Assembly (NCBI GenBank): GCA_041752695.1
Contig: JBGSVZ010000038.1
Coordinates: forward strand, 32,001-96,000
Length of the DNA stretch: 64,000 nucleotides
Direction of reading: 5' to 3'
From: Terrimicrobiaceae bacterium
GTDB lineage: Bacteria > Verrucomicrobiota > Verrucomicrobiia > Chthoniobacterales > Terrimicrobiaceae
Shown: positions 57,541 to 64,000 of the stretch, one piece after another
How the letters are laid out: every line of letters begins with the position of its first letter
How positions within the stretch are numbered: position 1 is the stretch's first letter
Notes under the pieces: model-generated
What the model was told of the DNA's origin: nothing
The model's input: the letters and a program-made list of their open reading frames with translations, nothing else
The model's database searches: none
Translations under genes and position numbers: made by a program

Positions 57541-58514
57541 CTATAAATATTCGTAAAACTGCCCTCTGTTCGTTTTTTCTCGCACCGGCCCTCCTTCTTA
57601 CTGCGCAGGCCGCCTGGGCCGGGGAGGTGGAGGAAGTCAAACTGCTGACGGTGGGAAACAGTTTTGCGGACAACAGCACGCGGTACCTGGCGGATTTCGC
57701 GAAAGATGCCGGAAAAAAACTGCGACTTTATCAAGCTAATCTCGGTGCGCATTCCCTGCAGATGCACGTCGGATACATGAGGGCTTACGAGGCGAATCGC
57801 GACGATCCCAAGGGGTCTCCCTACACGGGAATCGCCGATCCCGCGACGGGAGCCAAACCGAAACTCAGCCTGTGCCAAGCACTCGAGTTGGAAGAATGGG
57901 ACTACGTATCCATTCAGCAAGTCAGCACACTGAGTTATCAGGCCAATTCCTATGAGCCTTATGCCGGCGAGCTGATTGCCTATATTCGAAAGCACGCGCC
58001 TAAGGCAAAGATTCTTGGCCTGGAAACCTGGGCCCATCGGGAGGATAGCTGGATGTTTCAAAAACTCACCACCCAGGAGCGCATGCACCAAGGCATTCAG
58101 AAGGCCTATGCCGAGCTCTCCGCCCGCCATGGTATCGCGATTCTCCCCGTGGGCGATGCGTTTCAAGCGGCTCGGGCGACACCCGAATGGAAGTTCCAAT
58201 TTCCCGATCCCAACTTTGACAGGGCCACTGCCAAACCCGATCAGCTTCCCGCGCAACCGGGTAGCCTGAATGTCGGTTGGAAGTGGGAGAAGGACTTCGA
58301 GACGAAGGAGATGAAGCTCGTCAACGATCCGGCCCACTGCAATGCAGCCGGGCAATATCTGGCGACGGCCGTGCTGTTCGATGCCTTGTTTGGGGGCGTC
58401 GAGAAAATCACTTTCTGCCCGCCCAAAATGACTCCCGAACAGGCGGCTTCTCTGCGCAAGATTGCCCACGAAACCGTGGCGGCCAGCCCGATGGGGACCG
58501 CGGGAGGACGCTAG
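57537..58514 (+). CDS. DUF4886-like SGNH-type secreted protein
   Basis: [33 protein letters not shown] overlap with the lctP remnant. Confidence 0.82.
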   Translation: MTINIRKTALCSFFLAPALLLTAQAAWAGEVEEVKLLTVGNSFADNSTRYLADFAKDAGKKLRLYQANLGAHSLQMHVGYMRAYEANRDDPKGSPYTGIADPATGAKPKLSLCQALELEEWDYVSIQQVSTLSYQANSYEPYAGELIAYIRKHAPKAKILGLETWAHREDSWMFQKLTTQERMHQGIQKAYAELSARHGIAILPVGDAFQAARATPEWKFQFPDPNFDRATAKPDQLPAQPGSLNVGWKWEKDFETKEMKLVNDPAHCNAAGQYLATAVLFDALFGGVEKITFCPPKMTPEQAASLRKIAHETVAASPMGTAGGR

Positions 58515-58579
58515 GCTGCGCGTAGTTCCAGAAGAGAACGAAACCCGAACGCTTTCCGTAACGGAATGTGTGGTGCGGG

Positions 58580-59344
58580 TTATCGGACTCCCAACTTCTG
58601 GAAGGCCGGGACGGCCAGTTCGGCCCATTTGTTATATCCAGCGGGACTCAAATGGGTTTTGTCCGGCGCAAAATAGATTTCATTGATTCCGCCGTCAGGA
58701 CCGGAAAACTTTGTGTAGAGATCGAGGAGCACGAGATTCTCTTTTCCTTCGGCCAGCTTGGTCACGCGGGCATTCAGATCCGCGGCGGCCCCGGGTTTGT
58801 ATGGGGCTTTCGGATTGGCGGAAGGCGGACGCAGGCAAAGAACGATCGGAACCTTGGGATTGGACTGCCGGGCCTCTTCAATCATGGCGGCGATATTCGC
58901 CTCCGTGGCCGCGGGATCGCCATGCGCACTCAAGTCATTCCCGCCGACCAGAAGCATGATGGCGCGCGGCTTAAGATCGATCACATCCTCTTTGAATCGA
59001 AACCGGAGGCCCCGGCTGGTGTCCCCACCAACTCCCCGGTTGGCGATCCTCATGCCGGGAAATTTCTCCGCCAGAATCTCCGGTTTCCACCCGGCGGTGA
59101 GCGAGTCGCCCACAAAAACGACCGCCCCTTGGTCGCGGTTCCTTTGTTTCCAAAAGGCGGCGCGATTGCTCACCATCCACTCGAAACATCGGATCGGTCC
59201 CTGGCCGGGCCAGGCGGTTTCATCTTTCGAGTCCGGGTAAGGAGTGGGTCCATCGGCCCGGGCTTCCGGGAACAGAGTGAAGCCGGTTGCGAAGAGGGTT
59301 AATAAGGTAGCGGAGAAACGGAATTTTCTCATAGGAAGACTCAT
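58580..59344 (-). CDS. SGNH/GDSL hydrolase, paralog of 56030
   Basis: FVGDSL, NRGVGGD, GGND, DKTH; shares N-terminal DGPTPYPD..AWPG.GPIR with 56030. Confidence 0.9.
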   Translation of the reverse strand: MSLPMRKFRFSATLLTLFATGFTLFPEARADGPTPYPDSKDETAWPGQGPIRCFEWMVSNRAAFWKQRNRDQGAVVFVGDSLTAGWKPEILAEKFPGMRIANRGVGGDTSRGLRFRFKEDVIDLKPRAIMLLVGGNDLSAHGDPAATEANIAAMIEEARQSNPKVPIVLCLRPPSANPKAPYKPGAAADLNARVTKLAEGKENLVLLDLYTKFSGPDGGINEIYFAPDKTHLSPAGYNKWAELAVPAFQKLGVR

Positions 59345-59414
59345 GGCTTCAGGTTACGGCAGGCCGCCGCACATGCAAAACAATAGGCGGATTTACGCAG
59401 CGGATTCTTGCATA

Positions 59415-59427
59415 AGTGTTAAACACT
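59415..59427. promoter_or_regulatory. candidate operator palindrome
   Basis: AGTGTT-A-AACACT between the divergent SGNH and LacI genes. Confidence 0.4.
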
Positions 59428-59444
59428 GATATTTTCCCCGAACC

Positions 59445-60521
59445 TTGTCTTCGATCCGGGAAATTGCCGAACACACCGGCCTGAGCACTGCCACCGTTTC
59501 GCTGGCTCTGCGGGATGTGGGACGCATTTCGTTGGCCACGCGTCTGCGGGTGAAAGCCGCGGCGGAAGAACTGGGTTACCAAGCCCAACCGTTGCTTTCC
59601 AAGGCGCTCTCGCTCATCCGGCAACCGAAAACGGAACGCTACCGGGAGACCCTTGCTTTTCTCACGGAGTTTTCGCTGGATGACCCCAATCTTGATCCGT
59701 ATCCGCTTTATCAAAAGCTGCTTCACACCGGTGCATTCGAGCGCGCCCGGAGCCTGGGGTTCAAGTTGGAATCTTTCACGCTCTCGGGGAAACCCTCCGA
59801 ACACCGGCGTCTGGGACGCGTGCTGCATGCCCGCGGTGTTCGCGGGCTGATCGTCATTCCGCGGTTGTCGTCCGACCAGCCCCGCCTTTCCTTTACCTGG
59901 GAGCATTTTGTCGCCGTCGAAATTGGCCGGACACTTTGGTATCCGCGCAATCTGCACCACGTCGAGACCGCCGAATACAACAAGATTATTGAAGCGCTGC
60001 ACTTGCTGAAAAAAGCCGGTTACCGCCGTATCGGTATGGCCGTGGAACCGGCGCAGAACAAACACCAGCGGGGCACGTTTTACGCGGCCTATTTGCTTGG
60101 GCAATTAAAGCAACCGGTCCGGCGGCGCATTCCCATTCCTTTTGCGGCCAGGGACTGGAACGAAAAGACTTTTCGCGCGTGGATGAAAAGCCACCGGCCG
60201 GATGTTCTGATCGTGCACGATCATTCTACCATCATTCCCTGGCTGAAAAATCTGAACCTTCGCGTACCGGAGGATGTTTCCCTGTTTAGCGTGAATGTGC
60301 AGGACGACTATCTTTCGGGTCTCCGCCGCGACTATCATGGGATGGGGGGGCAGGCCGTGGAAATGGTTTCCCTCATGCTGGAGAGCGACCAGCTTGGTCT
60401 CAGAGAAAATCCCCGCTGCTGGCAGGTCGAGGAGTTCTGGCAGACGGGGAAAACCCTTAGCCGGTCCATCGCACCATATATTTCCAACAAGGGGTTCCTT
60501 TTGACCCAGCCGCCTCGCTGA
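59445..60521 (+). CDS. LacI family transcriptional regulator
   Basis: SIREIAEHTGLSTATVSLAL HTH, A.ELGY, GYRRIG, VPEDVS; TTG start. Confidence 0.92.
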   Translation: MSSIREIAEHTGLSTATVSLALRDVGRISLATRLRVKAAAEELGYQAQPLLSKALSLIRQPKTERYRETLAFLTEFSLDDPNLDPYPLYQKLLHTGAFERARSLGFKLESFTLSGKPSEHRRLGRVLHARGVRGLIVIPRLSSDQPRLSFTWEHFVAVEIGRTLWYPRNLHHVETAEYNKIIEALHLLKKAGYRRIGMAVEPAQNKHQRGTFYAAYLLGQLKQPVRRRIPIPFAARDWNEKTFRAWMKSHRPDVLIVHDHSTIIPWLKNLNLRVPEDVSLFSVNVQDDYLSGLRRDYHGMGGQAVEMVSLMLESDQLGLRENPRCWQVEEFWQTGKTLSRSIAPYISNKGFLLTQPPR

Positions 60522-61004
60522 TCAGCCCTCTTTGCTTCCTGGTGGCACTTCCAGGGCATGGGCCTTACGCTGAGAGAGATCGGGTGGCCTTCCTGAGGGA
60601 TGGTACGGGGCACATCCAGGTAGACCGGGAGCACCGGAATGGATTTCCCATTGGAATCCGTGTTGACGACGTATCAGTCGCATCTCTTTTCCATCAAGGG
60701 CCTCCCTCCAAACTGGCTACAGGGACAATCCCCGATCAGGATGGTGAGGTCAATTGTTCGTCTTTTCTGCAATCAAAAGAGGCCGCTGCCAACGCCCATA
60801 AAAATGGGAGAAAGTCCAACCGGAGGGCACTGCGATGAAAACAAGAGCGAGGGATTCAGGATCGTACGAATTAGGGAGATGGAAATGGCCCACCTGCGAT
60901 CAGGGTCGCGACGGCGTCGCTCGAGACCTCGCTGGGGAACGCGTTTTTGGTGAATTGGAAATTCTTGCTGTTTGGCGTAACCTGACGGCAGGCCGATGGG
61001 TCTT

Positions 61005-63278
61005 TTAGTTGTCTGAAATCCGGGCGCGGCCCCAGGAACCGCGGTCGCTGGAGTTTTGCGAGGAACCGTTCCAGGCGAGCTGCTGTTTGCGGAAATCCCC
61101 GTCGTCGCTGTTGTCGATCATGAGATCAAAAAGCATCTCCGTGCCGGGTTTGGGCTCGATGCCCAACACTTTCCACGGGATGGCCGCTTGCAAAGCATAT
61201 CCGTCTCCGGAGACATCCTTTACCGCCAGAATTTGGCATTTCGCGGCGTCCGCCGCGTGATCCACGATGTAAATCTGCGGCGGATCCGAAGCGCCAAGAA
61301 GAATCTGCCGGTCGCTGAAAATCATGTTGCCGCCCTGATCCAGCGCCCCAGCGCCAACGAACAGTTCCACGCCGTCGGCTGACCAAAGGTAGGGCGGGGT
61401 CTTTTTGTTTTTCAGCGGGGTCTTATCCTTGATCTGGATGTTCAGGTAGAGGTTGGACTCGTCCCAGCACAGGCGAAAATCCCCGCGCAGATCAGGATTG
61501 GGCGGTCCCAAAACCAGTCGGTTGGACTCGATGGGTTCCGCGGGACGGCCCGGCCAGTTGCTGGTGGTGCCGGCGAGTTTCATGCCAGGCAGCGCTTTGG
61601 GAATCTGCACAGTCTTGCGGCTGTTGCGTTGGCTTTTGCCGTCGAAGCGGGGGTCGTCAAAGGCAAAGGCTTTTTCCCTGCCCAGCATCACATCGTAAAT
61701 CCGGTTGTGTGAGAGTTGGGCGGCTTCGACGAGTTCGGGATACGGCCGGTCCGTCACGTCCACCAGTCCAGTATTGTTTCCCTCGCCGTGGAACCCTTCG
61801 AAGAACCGCCCGGTTAGCGCCTGATCGGTGTAGATGAACCATTGCGTGCCGACCACGAAGGGTAGGGTGGCGGCCTGCTCGACGTAGTTGCGGAACGCCA
61901 GGCCACGCTCCTTTTCGTCACGAAGCTCGACCATTGCGCCGAGACCGTGGCTGGTGGTGGCATAATACCATTCGCTGAAAATTATTGGCCGGCCGCCACT
62001 CCACTCGTGAACCTTTTTGAGAAAAGCCTCCTCAATGGTGTACCCGTAATAATTGATGCTGATTACATCGAGGTATTTGCCGCCGATTTCCACGGCGTCT
62101 CTGTTGTTGGCCGTGCCCGGGGTCCAACGGCTGCCGATGAGCAGGTGGTTGGGGTCGGCTTTTTTGAAGACGCGCCGCACCATGGAATAATAGGTGTCCA
62201 AGTATAGCCGATAAAACGCCTGCATATCGGCATTGGCCGCGTCCGTGCGGATAGACAAAGGGGCTTCCTTGAGAGCTGCGAAATCCGGAAAAGGTGTTGC
62301 GGAATTCCACGCGGCGTTGAATTTTTCGATGCTCCCGTACTTTTCCTCCAGCATTTGTACCAACCTTCCCTTGGCCGCGACCTGGCTGGCTTTGTAGGCG
62401 GGGATCAACTTGGGCAGAATTTCGAAATGTTGCTCGTTTCCGAGAAAATATCCGATGAGGAGCGCGTCGTCCGATTTCGCCGTCACGCCCTTGGCGAATC
62501 TTTTTTCCAGGGACTCCTCTGTTCCTGCATAAAAAGGATCCAAAACTTCGGCCGCGCCGATTTTGTCCGGCAAAACCTGGACGCCGTCGCCCTTACCCAG
62601 AGGCAGGAAGCTGACATAGGGAAAATTCAATTTGCGCATCGTGTCGGTGTATTTGGAGAAGGCGCCTGCGCTATTAAACCCCCACGACCGCAATCGCTGC
62701 ACGACCTGGCCGGTCCATTCCTCAAACGAATAGGGTTTGCCGAATTTTCGGATCAGGTTGGTCACGTAAAACGACATGATCCCGGAGCCGGGCTGACTGT
62801 CGCGCCAGGCCCCAAGGTAGTCGCCGGTGGTCGGAGGCAGCCATTCAAAGACGTGTTCACGCCCTTTCACGGTGGTGTCGTCATCTGTTCTGGCAATGCC
62901 GCAGACGCCCATCTGAAAGAAAAGATTGCCCTCCGGCGAGACGAGAACCTGGCGGTCTCCGACTTTCTCCAAGTGAAAGAAGCCGGTTGTTTCCAGGCCA
63001 AATTGTTTCCCGCTGCCGGCCAAGCCTCCGAACGCATCCCGTTTGGGATCGGACTGGGCGTTTGCCATCTCCGCAAGCTGACGGGCTCCATCCGCCTTGA
63101 GCTCTTCCTCGGATTGGACTTTGCCAGGATAATCTTTCCGAGAGTTTTGGCCGAACCGGTCGGCGAGGAAGGAGGGTGCACCCTTCGCCGTTTCCGTGAT
63201 GACAGATTCAGGTCGGGCGAAGGCGCACGACGCGGTGGCGAGGAGGACGAATACGGACCGATCGAAAGCGGGGTTCAT
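61005..63278 (-). CDS. GH50-like glycoside hydrolase with C-terminal CBM9/DOMON-like domain
   Basis: TGFFH, RLRSWGFN, GYFLGNE, DPNHLLIG.R, DVISIN.Y, SEW, VG.QWF.Y.DQ, GLVDVTDRPY; tail WDE.NLY..DGVELF..AIPW. Confidence 0.85.
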   Translation of the reverse strand: MNPAFDRSVFVLLATASCAFARPESVITETAKGAPSFLADRFGQNSRKDYPGKVQSEEELKADGARQLAEMANAQSDPKRDAFGGLAGSGKQFGLETTGFFHLEKVGDRQVLVSPEGNLFFQMGVCGIARTDDDTTVKGREHVFEWLPPTTGDYLGAWRDSQPGSGIMSFYVTNLIRKFGKPYSFEEWTGQVVQRLRSWGFNSAGAFSKYTDTMRKLNFPYVSFLPLGKGDGVQVLPDKIGAAEVLDPFYAGTEESLEKRFAKGVTAKSDDALLIGYFLGNEQHFEILPKLIPAYKASQVAAKGRLVQMLEEKYGSIEKFNAAWNSATPFPDFAALKEAPLSIRTDAANADMQAFYRLYLDTYYSMVRRVFKKADPNHLLIGSRWTPGTANNRDAVEIGGKYLDVISINYYGYTIEEAFLKKVHEWSGGRPIIFSEWYYATTSHGLGAMVELRDEKERGLAFRNYVEQAATLPFVVGTQWFIYTDQALTGRFFEGFHGEGNNTGLVDVTDRPYPELVEAAQLSHNRIYDVMLGREKAFAFDDPRFDGKSQRNSRKTVQIPKALPGMKLAGTTSNWPGRPAEPIESNRLVLGPPNPDLRGDFRLCWDESNLYLNIQIKDKTPLKNKKTPPYLWSADGVELFVGAGALDQGGNMIFSDRQILLGASDPPQIYIVDHAADAAKCQILAVKDVSGDGYALQAAIPWKVLGIEPKPGTEMLFDLMIDNSDDGDFRKQQLAWNGSSQNSSDRGSWGRARISDN

Positions 63279-63303
63279 AAAGGGAGCAACAAGGAACTCG
63301 GGT

Positions 63304-63379
63304 GACACGATTTTCACGAATGGTCACGAAAGGAGATGGGGTCTCTCAGAGATTCGTGAAAATACGTGCAGTTCGTGTC
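63304..63379. repeat. inverted CACGAA/TTCGTG REP-like element
   Basis: GACACGA-TTTTCACGAA-TGGTCACGAA ... ATTCGTGAAAATACGTG-CAGTTCGTGTC. Confidence 0.7.
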
Positions 63380-63384
63380 TAAAC

Positions 63385-64000
63385 TCAACGCGGCTTGCGT
63401 TCCCATACCCGGACGTAATCGACCACAAAATCCCAGTTCTTTTCGTCGGCCTTCATTTGGGAGATATTGACCCCAGGCATTTTCATACCCAGCTGGTTGG
63501 TGATCAAAACGTGGGCCGCCGGACCGTTCCATTCATAATAGACCTGCTTGATCGGCTTCCCGTCGAAGAGCCAGATGGGCTCGTTCTTGCGCCAGTCGAG
63601 AGCATAGACATGGAAGTTCTCCCCGCAGTCCACGCCGGTGTCGAATCCCTTGTCGGGATAGTCCTTCACGAATTTCGGCGACTCCCAGATTTTGCGCGGA
63701 TTGCCGAATTTGGCGGGTTGGTTGTTCGTCTGGATGTTGCATTCCATGATCCGACTCTTCGGACGCCCGTTCCAGTTAAAGAATTCGAAGATATCGATTT
63801 CCGGAGGCCAGGGCAGTTCGGAAAAGGTTCCATCGGGGTATTGCACGCCGCCGTTGAGCCAAAAGGCGGGCCAGGTGCCTACCCCGCGCGGGACTTTGGC
63901 CCGCATTTCGATGTACATTCCCTCCTTGATCGGCATCTTGCCGCGCAGCATCCCGGATTCGATTCCGCGGTCCCGTAGACCGCCGCCGGCAGGGATGCGG
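63385..64000 (-). CDS. GH16 glycoside hydrolase, 5' end beyond the window
   Basis: YIEMRAK, GTWPAFWL, EIDIFE, FHVYALDW, VDYVRVW. Confidence 0.9.
   Translation of the reverse strand, partial: RIPAGGGLRDRGIESGMLRGKMPIKEGMYIEMRAKVPRGVGTWPAFWLNGGVQYPDGTFSELPWPPEIDIFEFFNWNGRPKSRIMECNIQTNNQPAKFGNPRKIWESPKFVKDYPDKGFDTGVDCGENFHVYALDWRKNEPIWLFDGKPIKQVYYEWNGPAAHVLITNQLGMKMPGVNISQMKADEKNWDFVVDYVRVWERKPR

Noticed and set aside
60522..61004. Small ORFs (60542-60838, 60639-60953) or a gene remnant in the 480-bp gap
   Set aside because: No recognisable motif or start signal in the frames examined; unresolved without a translated search
1..64000. tRNA, rRNA, IS/transposase, integrase, prophage or defence systems
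   Set aside because: None recognisable by eye; tRNAscan, Rfam and DefenseFinder runs would be needed to exclude divergent ones

Overview
GC-rich bacterial chromosome segment. It is most likely Verrucomicrobia (Chthoniobacterales/Terrimicrobium-like), inferred from the PEP-CTERM protein, the H-X9-DG prepilin-like protein and the type of LacI regulator. About 56 CDS were called; no rRNA, tRNA, CRISPR array, transposase or integrase was recognised. Housekeeping and envelope content: uvrA-TPR-class V aminotransferase, a Zn/Mn ABC operon with a Fur-family-like box, a MoxR/Bat operon, birA, pfkB, an isolated nuoBC-rnd-nadC run, ctpA-tsaD, a thioredoxin and a REC-GGDEF-EAL protein. Two accessory regions stand out. 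(1) 25.4-34.8 kb: a UbiA/DPPR-synthase-like gene coupled to a PgpA fusion, then GT-MFS-rfbF-rfbG-epimerase converging on a stand-alone FkbH-ACP-alpha/beta-hydrolase protein. This looks like a compact, PKS/NRPS-free glyceryl-deoxysugar pathway and is the best candidate for an undescribed system. (2) 46-64 kb: an esterase-rich glycan-degradation locus with two GH16s, a GH50-like enzyme, five SGNH-type proteins, two unassigned GH-like proteins, a PEP-CTERM protein, LacI and an internally deleted lactate permease. Other signals: recurring -35/-10 promoters 5-6 nt before ATG (probably leaderless mRNAs), a heptamer tandem array, REP-like hairpins and a candidate structured RNA upstream of uvrA. All family assignments come from reading motifs by eye, not from database searches.
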